A stretch of 64,000 nucleotides of DNA from Cyanobacteria bacterium P01_F01_bin.150 (GCA_039189765.1 JBCCYL010000021.1:1-64000); one strand, 5' to 3'. Shown: positions 40,899 to 51,343, counted from the first letter of the stretch. Numbers and translations are program-made. The notes: generated by a model not told the origin, from the sequence alone.

Positions 40899-41006
40899 AT
40901 GTTAGTTCACTGTAGTTCTCCCCTCATCATTCCAGCTCTTGCTGCCGCATACTTGCTGACCGTTTACTTTCTGTTAATGCTTGCCCAGCGATCGAGTCGA
41001 ATTTAG
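40899..41006 (+). CDS. Putative 35-aa single-TM small protein (not in the ORF track)
   Basis: MLVHCSSPLIIPALAAAYLLTVYFLLMLAQRSSRI*: a hydrophobic helix followed by basic residues. Confidence 0.45.
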   Translation: MLVHCSSPLIIPALAAAYLLTVYFLLMLAQRSSRI

Positions 41007-41102
41007 TTGGGATTGGGTGGGGCTAAGATAGTAGGACAGCTATTATAGTGTCGCTTGATCTATCGGAGCTGGTCAAATCTCAATTTTGAAGGTAAATGGC
41101 TA

Positions 41103-41999
41103 TCATCCCATCAATGGGGCTGATGGCAACAAATTGCACTGATGAACATCTGGGACATAGTTAAGGAGAGTTGCGGCTAGTTCTTGGAAACGTTGGGGGC
41201 GATCGCTCACAAAAAATTGAGTCGTTGGCTGACTTGCATTGGAGAAAATACCTTGGCCTCCACCTATCAATCCAAATTCCTGCTTAGCTGCTTGAACAAC
41301 ATGTACTGCTGGGTTAACAAGGTTAACGACAGGAGGCAGAAGGTCGCAAATAACCGTGGAAAGATAAGGATAATGGGTGCATCCGTATACAAGCGTATCA
41401 ATCTGTTTTTCAATAAGCCCATGTAAATAGCGCTGAACAATAGCTCGGGTTTCTGGTTCGTGGACACGGCCATGTTCAATTAGCGGTACAAATTCAGGAC
41501 ATCCAACTTCCCACACAGAAGTCCTGGGTGATGCTTCTTGTATGGCGCTGCGGTAAGCATGACTCTGAGCCGTTGCTGGGGTTGCAATCACCCCTATTCT
41601 TTCCCCTAACTGTACTGCCGCGCGGGCAGCAGGAAGAATAACGCCAAGAATTGGGATGTCATACTCAGCTCGAACTATCTCCAATGCCAATGCGGAGCTA
41701 GTATTGCAGGCCATGATGACCATTTTTGCATCACAAGATACCATCCAGTCTAGAATAGCCCTTACACAATGCAAAATTTCAGAGGGAGTTTTAGTCCCGT
41801 AAGGTAAGTTGGCCGTATCCCCAAAATACAAAATAGACTCGTTGGGCAAAACCCTCTGCAGCTCAGTTAAAACAGTTAAGCCGCCAACTCCACTATCAAA
41901 TACACCAATCGGTTGGTGAGTGCTGGTAGGCTTCGCTTTATCACTATTCCGGCTATGAGTGCCTTGATGCCAGATCATATTATTCCTCTCCATCCGCAA
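41103..41999 (-). CDS. murI: Glutamate racemase
   Basis: FDSGVGGLTV, PYGTK, ACNTSS, GCTHYP. Confidence 0.95.
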   Translation of the reverse strand: MRMERNNMIWHQGTHSRNSDKAKPTSTHQPIGVFDSGVGGLTVLTELQRVLPNESILYFGDTANLPYGTKTPSEILHCVRAILDWMVSCDAKMVIMACNTSSALALEIVRAEYDIPILGVILPAARAAVQLGERIGVIATPATAQSHAYRSAIQEASPRTSVWEVGCPEFVPLIEHGRVHEPETRAIVQRYLHGLIEKQIDTLVYGCTHYPYLSTVICDLLPPVVNLVNPAVHVVQAAKQEFGLIGGGQGIFSNASQPTTQFFVSDRPQRFQELAATLLNYVPDVHQCNLLPSAPLMG

Positions 42000-42271
42000 G
42001 TACTACATTGAACATCACCTTCAGGCTACTAACGGAAATCCTTTGTACTTCCATTGTTGTCTGTTTTGCTTCAGCCTAAGGAAACAGCCCATACTTTGAT
42101 ATCTGACTATTAAGAAGTCAACTGGAGATCGGTTGTAGAGCCGCCCAATTGCTTTGGCTATACTTTGATCCCCTTTCGATCGGGCTAGTAGGGACAACTC
42201 GCCCCTACTAATGAACTTGTATGTGGCTTCAAATGAAGCCTGCGCTTGGTGTGTGAGGAAGAGAAAAACGG

Positions 42272-43714
42272 TCAGGAGGCGGCTGATTCTTCCGATAAGG
42301 AATCCTCAAGATCACCCTTAAAAGCAAGGCGAAGAAATGGGGGAGCTAAAAATGTTGTCATAATGACCATGACAATGATTGCTGCTTCTAAGGATTCGGA
42401 CAGAACGCCACTGGCAGATCCAACCCCTGCAAATACTAGGCCGACTTCGCCACGAGGAATCATGCCAACTCCAATGGCTACGCGATTGATCTTGTCTTGG
42501 CCAAATACCGTAAAGCCAGTGATGACTTTTCCAAATATGGCAATCACGATTAAGAATGCGGCCATAATTAATCCAGCACGATTGGCTGGATTGGCTGGGT
42601 TGAGAACGCTTAAATCCGTTCCAGCTCCTACCGTCACAAAGAAGATAGGGACAAGGAAGTCAGCAATTGGAATAATCTGCTCTTCCAACTCTTCTGCCTT
42701 CTCTGTCTCAGCTAGGATAAGCCCTGCGGCAAATGCCCCCAGGATGGCCTCTAGCTGAATGGCTGCGGCCATATAAGAAAGGGCAAAGGCAAAAATTAGC
42801 GAGGATAAAATAAGATGGCCTCGCGTATTCATTTTCTCAACGAGAGCTACAAAATACGGACTGAGGAGACGACCCACGAAGATGGCCCCCACCAGAAATA
42901 TTGAGGCTCCAGCAATCAGATAGAGCACATCTGCAATATTGATCTCTCCAGTTTTGGCCAGACTGGCAACTACCGCAAGAACAATAATGCCCAATACATC
43001 GTCAAGAACGGCTGCTCCAATGATAATTTGACCTTCCTTGGAGTTGAGTTGCTGAATCTCGGCCAGAACTTTGGCCGTAATTCCGATACTGGTTGCTGTT
43101 AAAGCGGCCCCTGCAAAAACTGCTGGAATAGTGGCAATGCCAAAGAAGGCGATGAGACCAGCAGTTCCCAAGGCAAAGGGAGCAACAACTCCCACTATCG
43201 CAACGACTGCCGCCTGCGGACCGACTCGAATGAGTTCCTTCAAGTCAGATTCCAATCCAATCTCAAAAAGAAGGATGATTACACCTAGCTCAGACAGCAC
43301 TGAGAGCACCTCACTCATGGCCTCAAAAACGTAGTTTGAGGCTTCGGGCTGTAACCCTGCTGTTTGTTCTAAAAAGGTGACAATAAGAGACTGAGATGCG
43401 TCGCTTCCTCCTTCGGGAAAGACGATTAAGTGAAGTACGGATATTCCGACAACAACACCACCTACAAGTTCACCTAAGACCGGAGGAAGATTGACACGAG
43501 CACATAGCTCTCCAAAAAATTTAGCAGAAAAATATACGGCTAGGAGACTAATAAGCACTCCTGCTAATATCAGTGGACCTTGTTCTGCTTCTGAAAAGGT
43601 TTCTGATATTTTTTCAGACACTGATGCCACTTCTGACGTTGTGGCGAGTAAATTTAGATGGCACAAACTAAAAGCATTCAGAAAATTAACGAAACTGGTG
43701 GAGACCAATGCCAT
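42272..43714 (-). CDS. CPA2 Na+/H+ antiporter (NhaS3-like)
   Basis: LFEIGLES, TATSIGIT, AAVLDDVLG, GMIPRGEVGLVFA. Confidence 0.9.
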   Translation of the reverse strand: MALVSTSFVNFLNAFSLCHLNLLATTSEVASVSEKISETFSEAEQGPLILAGVLISLLAVYFSAKFFGELCARVNLPPVLGELVGGVVVGISVLHLIVFPEGGSDASQSLIVTFLEQTAGLQPEASNYVFEAMSEVLSVLSELGVIILLFEIGLESDLKELIRVGPQAAVVAIVGVVAPFALGTAGLIAFFGIATIPAVFAGAALTATSIGITAKVLAEIQQLNSKEGQIIIGAAVLDDVLGIIVLAVVASLAKTGEINIADVLYLIAGASIFLVGAIFVGRLLSPYFVALVEKMNTRGHLILSSLIFAFALSYMAAAIQLEAILGAFAAGLILAETEKAEELEEQIIPIADFLVPIFFVTVGAGTDLSVLNPANPANRAGLIMAAFLIVIAIFGKVITGFTVFGQDKINRVAIGVGMIPRGEVGLVFAGVGSASGVLSESLEAAIIVMVIMTTFLAPPFLRLAFKGDLEDSLSEESAAS

Positions 43715-43817
43715 AGGTTTAATAATTCAGGCGACAAAGCTCATTCAATTTACTTTACTACACGCGTTCGCATGGCTACCAGCTTTGTGGTGAAAATCCC
43801 ATAATTCACGATTTCCT

Positions 43818-45302
43818 ATGATTCATCCTTCTATAGGTCGCTACGTACCCATTCTTAATGAACCTGATAAATTTTTTGCTTGCCTTACTCGACCATTGAC
43901 AACGACAGTGTGGGTGAATGAATTAAAAACCCAAGCATCAAAATTAGAGCAGGCATTTTCTTTGATGGGATGGGGATGGTCCGAGGTTCCTTGGTATTCA
44001 GGAGGCTATCGCATTAAGGTCGTCAAGCCAGGATGTTCGCTACCTTTTTGCTGTGGATGGTATGCCGTTCAAGAGTCTATTGCTTGGAGTGCAGTATGCG
44101 CCCTTGACCCCCAGCCAGGAGATTACGTCCTTGATCTTTGTGCCGCACCGGGAGGAAAAACTGCCCAGATTGCTCTGGCGGTTGGGCCAAAAGGAGCAGT
44201 CATTGCGAATGAGCAATCCCTGTCTCGCTTACCATCTCTAGTAAATACCATTACCCGATTGGGGTTAACGAATGTCATAACGAGTCAGGTGGATGGGCAA
44301 GCTTTTCAATCTACTCCCCATTTGTTTGATCGAGTCTTGGTTGATGTTCCCTGCTCTGGAGAAGGAACGCTACGGAAGAAAGTAGGGCGGCGATCGCTGG
44401 GTCAAGAGAACTGGCACGAGCGTCACAGTCAGCGCTTGAGGCCAGTTCAGAAACAACTCCTCAATCGAGCGTTAGATCTAGTAAAGCCTGGAGGAATTGT
44501 GGTGTACAGCACTTGTACCTTTGCTCCAGAAGAAAATGAAGCGATCCTTGATGAAGTATTGGGTGATCGCGGCAGTATTGAGCCTTACTCTATTCACGAC
44601 CTTCGATCAAATCCAGGATTGTGTCAATGGCAAGGGAAAACCTTTCGCTCAGATCTTCAATATGCTCAGCGCTACTGGCCTCATCTAAACGACACAGGAG
44701 GTTTTTTTGTGGCTCGTATTCGGCGCACTGGCGTCAAAACGCTGAGGTCGATGGCCCCACCTCCCTCTTGTTCTGGCTCTGAAATTCTATCATCCGCAAA
44801 AAAGCAAAGCGCAACAGTACAGCAGACAGATGACCATACAGCTTTAACGTGGCTGAGCGGTCGCTTTGATATCCCCTATGCAACATTTCAGCCCTACAGC
44901 CTTTGGCAAACGGGGCAGGAGAAACTTTGGATTGCGAATCAGTCCTGTACTGTCTTGGCCGCATCTATTTCGGTTCCAGTGGAAACAATTGGGATTCCAT
45001 TAGTACGACGCACTTCACACAGCTTTAAGCCCACAACCGCCAGCCTTCAACGTTTTGGCCAACACGTTCAAAATCGTTTTCTTTCGCTGAATCAAGAACA
45101 GTGTCAGCGGTTTATGAAAGGCCAAGAACAGGTGTTGAAACTGCAAAATATTAAAGAGCAAACATCAGTTAATGCAGACTCTTTTGATGAATCTCTGAAA
45201 GGTTTTGTACATGTTCGGCATGGCCTTTATGAATTAGGATGTGGTCGGGTAAAAACTGACGTTCTATATCCAGAAATTCCAAAAATTTTGAGGGCAAATT
45301 AG
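43818..45302 (+). CDS. RsmB/NOP2 (RsmF-like) RNA m5C methyltransferase
   Basis: DLCAAPGGKT, DVPCSGEG, YSTCTF.PEENE. Confidence 0.88.
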   Translation: MIHPSIGRYVPILNEPDKFFACLTRPLTTTVWVNELKTQASKLEQAFSLMGWGWSEVPWYSGGYRIKVVKPGCSLPFCCGWYAVQESIAWSAVCALDPQPGDYVLDLCAAPGGKTAQIALAVGPKGAVIANEQSLSRLPSLVNTITRLGLTNVITSQVDGQAFQSTPHLFDRVLVDVPCSGEGTLRKKVGRRSLGQENWHERHSQRLRPVQKQLLNRALDLVKPGGIVVYSTCTFAPEENEAILDEVLGDRGSIEPYSIHDLRSNPGLCQWQGKTFRSDLQYAQRYWPHLNDTGGFFVARIRRTGVKTLRSMAPPPSCSGSEILSSAKKQSATVQQTDDHTALTWLSGRFDIPYATFQPYSLWQTGQEKLWIANQSCTVLAASISVPVETIGIPLVRRTSHSFKPTTASLQRFGQHVQNRFLSLNQEQCQRFMKGQEQVLKLQNIKEQTSVNADSFDESLKGFVHVRHGLYELGCGRVKTDVLYPEIPKILRAN

Positions 45303-45310
45303 CGATGAGA

Positions 45311-45772
45311 TCAGGCGAAAAACTCTCTGATTTGTACACTTACGATAGCATGGCTTGAAAGGTAATCGGAAGCGAACAGCGTCCATGCGACCAGCCCTCC
45401 ATGCACAATTAACGACATGGCCGCCCACAACATAATCAGGTGAGTGAAGGGGCTATTTGGCAAGTGCCAAAAAACATACCCTGCCACGACTATCATGACT
45501 ACAGGTAAACAGATAGTGAACCCAATAAACATGGCTTTAGCGGCTGTCATTGATTGGAACACAACCTTTTTTCTTTGCCATTGGTGACCATTCCAACTCC
45601 AAGACTTTGGCATAGATGCATCCAAAACCTCTAGGCACTTTTCATGGTCTGTCCAAGAGAACATATGTAAGCATAGAGTGCAGCTATACGCATCCATTAA
45701 TGTCATTGGGGCAAGACGCCCACAACCACATATTGGGCATATTTCAGAGGCCGGACGATTATCGTTCATCAT
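45311..45772 (-). CDS. Zn-ribbon membrane protein, conserved hypothetical
   Basis: CPICGCG...CTLC, W.WNG..W, two TM segments. Confidence 0.7.
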   Translation of the reverse strand: MMNDNRPASEICPICGCGRLAPMTLMDAYSCTLCLHMFSWTDHEKCLEVLDASMPKSWSWNGHQWQRKKVVFQSMTAAKAMFIGFTICLPVVMIVVAGYVFWHLPNSPFTHLIMLWAAMSLIVHGGLVAWTLFASDYLSSHAIVSVQIREFFA

Positions 45773-45783
45773 CAGTTCAAAAC

Positions 45784-46665
45784 TTACATCGCAATTGGAG
45801 TTCCCACCCAATGCATGGTCTCTGTCCCCCCCTTTTCTAAAATTATTGCGGGTGTGGAGCCTTGGTTAAAGTCAACGGATTTGATGATAAATTGACCGTT
45901 TCCGACTCGTTCTCCAACTTGGACATAACGACTACCGGAAGGCTCTTCAACAATAATATTGACGCGATCGCCCGTCTGGACCACACCACTAAATTCAAAA
46001 CTATGCGTTGAAGCCGTATGGGCCACATTTGTCGATTCGGATGCTGTCGGGTTAGACAGTTCAGGGGTGGGTGCTACAGCTATGGGTGTAGTTGGCACGG
46101 CAGCTACTGGTGGAGGCGATTGCGCTAGGGGTGGGGAAGGCAGTTGGTTAACAATCGGCACAGGGATCACGGTTTGGGGAGAATTTGGCACAGGAGGTGG
46201 TTGAGGAGCAGAGGCTCGAGTGTCTGAGCCAGTCGTATCTGCTGTAGAACTATTGGAAGGTGAGGCAGGTCTTGAATCTGATTGCTTTTGGACCAGATAT
46301 GGACGAGCGGGTAGTGAAGCAAAAGGGTCACTCCGACCGGGTTTAATTTGTGGCAGTCGTTGAACATCTCCAGTTGCCTGAACAATATCAGGGGGCACTC
46401 TGCCAATCGGAGCCTCATCCTCTAATGTGCTCAATCGCTCTCCGTGGCTGATGCTCGGCTTGGATGCATCAGTTTGATTAGTTGTAGTATTAGAATCTGT
46501 AGCTGTAGTGCTTGAGTTTTTCTTGGCCGAGTTCTGATCGGAAGATACTGAATCTCTTAAACGTATATGGTTAGGCCATTCTGAATGGACAATCCAGATA
46601 CATCCTCCAAGCAGCAGAAGGCTTATTAAACTCAAATGTTTTAAATACGACCAATTGATTCTCAT
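45784..46665 (-). CDS. Pro/Ser-rich exported hypothetical protein
   Basis: N-terminal hydrophobic segment, GRSDPFA, low-complexity Pro linker, beta-rich C-terminal domain (SRYVQVGERV). Confidence 0.7.
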   Translation of the reverse strand: MRINWSYLKHLSLISLLLLGGCIWIVHSEWPNHIRLRDSVSSDQNSAKKNSSTTATDSNTTTNQTDASKPSISHGERLSTLEDEAPIGRVPPDIVQATGDVQRLPQIKPGRSDPFASLPARPYLVQKQSDSRPASPSNSSTADTTGSDTRASAPQPPPVPNSPQTVIPVPIVNQLPSPPLAQSPPPVAAVPTTPIAVAPTPELSNPTASESTNVAHTASTHSFEFSGVVQTGDRVNIIVEEPSGSRYVQVGERVGNGQFIIKSVDFNQGSTPAIILEKGGTETMHWVGTPIAM

Positions 46666-46827
46666 AATCTCGCAATTCACTACTCAACCACATAGGACTT
46701 AAACCTCGACCATATTATGGAACAAGATCAGAAAAAAACATATGTTTTGTATCAGGATGCGGAGAATTGCAGGAAAACGATACATAACATCATTGGGGTT
46801 TCTCATTCAAATGAAACCCCAATGAAC

Positions 46828-46874
46828 GATGGTGTAGGCGCATCGTGCCCACACCATCCGCCTAAAGTTGATAC
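46828..46874 (+). repeat. Dispersed hairpin + CCTAAAGTTGATAC element, copy 2
   Basis: GATGGTGTAGGCGC-ATC-GTGCCCACACCATC-CGCCTAAAGTTGATAC; a second hairpin lies just upstream at 46791-46824. Confidence 0.7.
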
Positions 46875-46955
46875 TCCATAATTCCTTTATCGAGCAGGGT
46901 TTAGGAGGAAAAGTGGTGTCTCCCACATTTTCACTAGAGCTGATTTAAATCAGCT

Positions 46956-47381
46956 CTACATGCTCCTCTTTCCCTGCTTAATTTGTTCTTGCAACATCTG
47001 CATCAGCAGTTCTGCATCTTGCTCTAGGCATAAGAACTGAGCTTGATGACATTTTTGATAAGGTAAGAGACGTTGTTTTTTCGATTTACGAGACCGTCGA
47101 AAAGTAACAGTATGATAGGGGCCAGAGGATATTTCTTTATGGTTGTTGTAAGAATTTTGGTCTAAGCCATCTTGCTCTTTTACACGCCCAGACAGAGAAT
47201 ACACATACCCCTGATCACAAACGGAGGAAGCAGAGGTGCGCTGAAAAAGGTACTTGTCCTGCTGTGTCGGAGTAGTGCAGTAAGAAGACAAGTGGATAGT
47301 GGATGGCTTAGACGCACCTGACAACACTGACGGCAAGTCTTCAGAGCCAGAGTTCATAGGCGATCGCTGTTTGTATAACAT
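46956..47381 (-). CDS. Hypothetical protein
   Basis: 141-aa ORF; C-terminal helix YQKCHQAQFLCLEQDAELLMQMLQ resembles a short cyanobacterial motif. Confidence 0.5.
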   Translation of the reverse strand: MLYKQRSPMNSGSEDLPSVLSGASKPSTIHLSSYCTTPTQQDKYLFQRTSASSVCDQGYVYSLSGRVKEQDGLDQNSYNNHKEISSGPYHTVTFRRSRKSKKQRLLPYQKCHQAQFLCLEQDAELLMQMLQEQIKQGKRSM

Positions 47382-47531
47382 CTAGTTAAGACGAGAACAA
47401 TACTAAAGGCTAATTAGGCCAAAGTGCTAAAGACTGTGGCAATTTTTAATGTGGTTGTTGGATTTCTAGAATTAGTATTACATCGGCGTTACGTAACATA
47501 CTGAGAGGTTCACTCCTTTAAGATGTACGAT

Positions 47532-48116
47532 TTACTGCCGTGGCAGAGTATTTTGATTAGATTGTCTCTCTTGTCGGTGTGTGGATGATTGTAGTACTGC
47601 ATAACGCTGTCGCTCCCGCTCAAGCTGCTCAATCGTATCTCCTAGGGCCGTCATCAGTGTTTGACGGGTTTGCTCATGCTCAGATTGTTCTTGGGATAAA
47701 GCTTTGGCAAGGCGATCGCATTCTGCCATCATTTCCTGTAGTTTTTGCTGGAATCGGGCTGTTAGCGGGCTGTTATCCCCTTTTGACAATGGGGCATTAA
47801 CGGTCGGTCTATTGATTGTTTGATTATTATTTGCCGCAGGAGCATCTTCCAGATGCTCATTTGCCATGAATAGTGATGTTCGCGTATCTGGTGGTAAATC
47901 CAATTGCTGCTTCAATCGCTTATTTTCCCGATCTAATCGATAAATTACCGTCCGTAGACGCTGAATATCTTTGCGGCGCTGTTGAGCTTCTGTTTGATAG
48001 GACTGTTGCCATCGAGAAATTTGTTCATACGCAGCAGCTTTATCCTGACTAACTTGAGCAAGCCGCTGCTGCAACGATTGAATTTCGATTAACCATTGCT
48101 GAACATCTTTGGACAT
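47532..48116 (-). CDS. Coiled-coil hypothetical protein
   Basis: DVQQWLIEIQSLQQ...YQTEAQQRR...LMTALGDTI; starts 4 bp after the upstream gene. Confidence 0.75.
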   Translation of the reverse strand: MSKDVQQWLIEIQSLQQRLAQVSQDKAAAYEQISRWQQSYQTEAQQRRKDIQRLRTVIYRLDRENKRLKQQLDLPPDTRTSLFMANEHLEDAPAANNNQTINRPTVNAPLSKGDNSPLTARFQQKLQEMMAECDRLAKALSQEQSEHEQTRQTLMTALGDTIEQLERERQRYAVLQSSTHRQERQSNQNTLPRQ

Positions 48117-48120
48117 AGCA

Positions 48121-49647
48121 CTAAAAGAGGAAATTGGTCAGCAATGGTGGAGCAGGAAGAATAATGATGGTTAATATTGCTAATGCGACAACGCCCCACA
48201 AATCACGCTGATTGTCCAACTCGCTAACATCATTGAGGGCTGGTTCATCTACCGATGGCATAAAAAAGAACAAAATCGCTAGAATCCAAAACTCTCTTTG
48301 ATTACGATGGATATAAGCTAGCAGCAGAACGAGCAAACGCGCGACTTGTCCAATGATCGCCCCTGTCCGCTGGCCAAACATAGCATGAACAATTTTTCCT
48401 CCGTTTAGCTGTCCCACTGGCATCAGATTAATCGTGATAATTAGTAGACCTAGACAGGCGGCGATCGCTACTGGATGAAGATTCAGCGCTTGGGTCGTAC
48501 TTAAATCATGGATAGCCAATTTGCCCAGCATGGCAATTAGAAAAGAGGCCTTGGGATCAAAAGATTGGATATTAAACAAACTTGACTCATCAGTTGCAGG
48601 AATAGCTTCAGAATGGGCCAACCCCCATAATAAGATTGGAATAGCCATGACAATGCCAGCTATAGAACCGACAAACCCCATGTCAAACAGAACCTTGCGG
48701 TTCGGCATGGGCGATCGCATCTGTAAAAATGCACCGAACGTTCCAAACGGAAATCCCAAAACCAGTGGGGGGACCGGAATGAAATAGGGTAGGCTCGCTC
48801 TTAGTCCATGGCGATTTGAAATCACATATTGACAACCATGATAAGTTAGTAAAATTGCAATTAAAGCCAAACAATAGGGGACTCCAAGGGAAATATTGCT
48901 CCATGTCAGACGCAGTGGAGCCTCCAGCTCTTGACTAGCGAGCATTGCTCCAGCAATGGTGGTAGTCAATGCTGTTGCAGCTAATAAAGCAATTGAAATA
49001 GCAACAGGGTAGAGGTTTCGGCTTCTCGCAGCATTTGGGTTTGCTTGGGGGTTTGGCACCAATGCAAAAAAGGGCTTACCGTTGAGACCCTGTTGAAAAA
49101 TGACTAAAAACCTTTGGCCAAAATTTTGGCGAATGTTATCGCTGATAGTTTGATAAGCGACATCTGATGAAGTGCGCAAATGTCCAGTGCAAATTAAAGC
49201 TTGAGCACGATGTTCTATACCCTTTAGATAATATACAGACCAAGGGAAACAACGCTTTAAGATGTCTTCATCTTCTTTCCCAATCGTGCGTTTCGTTGAA
49301 GAATTCGCTACAGAATCGGGGGTTAACGATTCATTGGATGGATCCATAGAAGTTACAGATTTGGAGGAGACAGTTAATGAAGGGGGAACAGGTTTAATGG
49401 GCGATTGCCGCCCCATCTGAATCAAAGTAAGGTAGATTAGTGGGCAGACTAAAAAGCTTCCCAACAGTAGAGGCATGGGGATTGGAATAGCATCTTTAAA
49501 TAAAGCAATCCAACCCAACCATAACAAGACGGGAGCCATCATGACTAGCCAAAGCAACCAGACGGGCGTACTGGTGATTTGAGCTACGCTTTTTCGAATA
49601 ACGACATAGGTTAGTACGCTTAGTAAAATTAGCCACCAAACAATCAT
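48121..49647 (-). CDS. Site-2 protease (M50, EGY-type) homolog with degenerate catalytic motifs
   Basis: CFPWSVYY, LPYFIP, GTFGAF, LHPVAIA, NLMPVGQLNGG, PALNDVSELD; the HExxH position reads YHGCQ. Confidence 0.85.
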   Translation of the reverse strand: MIVWWLILLSVLTYVVIRKSVAQITSTPVWLLWLVMMAPVLLWLGWIALFKDAIPIPMPLLLGSFLVCPLIYLTLIQMGRQSPIKPVPPSLTVSSKSVTSMDPSNESLTPDSVANSSTKRTIGKEDEDILKRCFPWSVYYLKGIEHRAQALICTGHLRTSSDVAYQTISDNIRQNFGQRFLVIFQQGLNGKPFFALVPNPQANPNAARSRNLYPVAISIALLAATALTTTIAGAMLASQELEAPLRLTWSNISLGVPYCLALIAILLTYHGCQYVISNRHGLRASLPYFIPVPPLVLGFPFGTFGAFLQMRSPMPNRKVLFDMGFVGSIAGIVMAIPILLWGLAHSEAIPATDESSLFNIQSFDPKASFLIAMLGKLAIHDLSTTQALNLHPVAIAACLGLLIITINLMPVGQLNGGKIVHAMFGQRTGAIIGQVARLLVLLLAYIHRNQREFWILAILFFFMPSVDEPALNDVSELDNQRDLWGVVALAILTIIILPAPPLLTNFLF

Positions 49648-49832
49648 GTTACCGATCTCAGACTGTTCACAAATACATTCAATTGCCTCTGCAACAGAAT
49701 ATGGAAATGGACTTTACTCATCAGTCTATATATTAGAGTAGATAAACAACTCAAGCTGCTTTTTAGCTTAACCATCTAAATCGGGCCAAGGCTACTTAAA
49801 TCTAGAATAGTTCACATCGCGGGAATTCTACC

Positions 49833-50600
49833 TTGACTCAGGCAATCTCCTCTTCAAACTTACCCACATCCTCAACCACTCTATCAATGCAGCATGGTTC
49901 GCCCAGTCCATCATCAAATCATGTTGTCCTAAAACCTGTTTTGGATACAGTCTTTGCGTTTTCTCCTAATCGAGACACTCTTGGAGGAACATCGTATTTT
50001 CTGCAAACTGCTGATGGAAATGTATTGGTTGATTGTCCAAGCTGGAACAACACTACTCAAGATACATTACAGAAATTGGGCGGTATCCGTTGGCTTGTCT
50101 TGACTCATCGAGGTGGAGTAGGTAAGTTAGCCCATGTCAAGCAGATCCAATCTCATTTTCAATGTGACGTTCTGGTGCAGGAACAGGAAGCATACTTATT
50201 ACCTGATATTCCCGTAACTTCTTTTCAACATATCTTCCAAATTGATCCGAATAACCGCATGATTTGGACCCCAGGACATACTCCTGGGTCAGCATGTTTT
50301 TATCATCAGCTTCAAGGTGGGTCAGAAATGAATAAAGGAGTGCTATTTACGGGTCGCCATCTCTTACCCGATCGGCAAGGAAACGCCCAACCGTTGCGAG
50401 TTTCCAAAACATTTCATTGGTTTCGTCAATTACGAAGCATTCAAATTCTACGAGATAGCTTTACTGAACATACGTTACACTTTGGGTGTCCGGGGGCAAA
50501 CACCAGCTTGTTGAGGCAACAGCGAGTGATCTCAAACTTTTATCAGCAGCTAGTCGATTTAGATTTGGAAAGTCTTAGAGGTATTCAGCCTGGCCTGTAG
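49833..50600 (+). CDS. Metallo-beta-lactamase fold protein
   Basis: PNRDTLGGTSY, LTHRG, WTPGHTPGS, LFTGRHL. Confidence 0.8.
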   Translation: MTQAISSSNLPTSSTTLSMQHGSPSPSSNHVVLKPVLDTVFAFSPNRDTLGGTSYFLQTADGNVLVDCPSWNNTTQDTLQKLGGIRWLVLTHRGGVGKLAHVKQIQSHFQCDVLVQEQEAYLLPDIPVTSFQHIFQIDPNNRMIWTPGHTPGSACFYHQLQGGSEMNKGVLFTGRHLLPDRQGNAQPLRVSKTFHWFRQLRSIQILRDSFTEHTLHFGCPGANTSLLRQQRVISNFYQQLVDLDLESLRGIQPGL

Positions 50601-50787
50601 GCACACTACCTACAATGACTAACTAAATGATAGGCTATTACTTTGTGTTTATACGATTTACACTTCTATTATGAAGTCCTGACGAGCAATCATGTATTGT
50701 TAGATGCACTTTTGGGCAGGTTGAGGTTAAGTTAACCTTGATGGCAGGCAATTGTACTGAATTACTACTATTTTATGAGGTTTAAGG

Positions 50788-50985
50788 ATGGCTAAACGCC
50801 GTAACCTAAAGAAAGAAAAAGCTCTACGTAACCAAGCTTATGCGCGTAAGTTCAGGAAGCGTACCAACTCACGCTTCGGTCGCAGGCGTACATTCAACAA
50901 TAATAACAATACAGGCAGCAGTGAAAATGACACTGGCAATAATAGCTCTGAAAGTGGAAGTGAAGGGGCTGCTGCTGACACCTAA
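50788..50985 (+). CDS. Small basic conserved hypothetical protein
   Basis: MAKRRNLKKEKALRNQAYARKFRKR; upstream GAGG/AAGG; downstream hairpin at 51042-51071. Confidence 0.75.
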   Translation: MAKRRNLKKEKALRNQAYARKFRKRTNSRFGRRRTFNNNNNTGSSENDTGNNSSESGSEGAAADT

Positions 50986-51269
50986 AATTTTGTCCTGAGC
51001 TTTCTAAAGATAGAGGTGATAGAGCTATATAGGGTACTGAGAATCACTGAGGTTGTAGAGTCTCAGTGATTTTCTATTGAAAATTATTTCACCTGCCTTA
51101 ACCCACAGAAAAAGCTGCAATGCAGATTAACTACATTCAATGTGATGGCTTACACTATCGATTTTTTAAAATGCAGCTATGCTATGTACTCTGGTAAACG
51201 TTATGTTTTTGCCCAGAGAGAGCTGCATAAAGCACATATTGATTCCTGAAAATTATTCATTTCACCGCA

Positions 51270-51283
51270 GTAGTTGTAACTAC
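51270..51283. promoter_or_regulatory. Possible NtcA box (GTA-N8-TAC) upstream of the YaaW-family gene
   Basis: GTAGTTGTAACTAC, 60 nt before ATG 51344; no -10 box at the canonical activator spacing. Confidence 0.3.
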
Positions 51284-51343
51284 ACGGTAATGTCGTAGCA
51301 TGTTTTTCAGAAGCGCACTTGTGAATGACCGAAAGTCAAGGGA

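Noticed and set aside
49833..50600. MBL-fold protein lacking the canonical HxHxDH (reads THRGGV)
   Set aside because: As I recall, this degenerate motif is normal for the cyanobacterial family, so it is not a locus-specific novelty.
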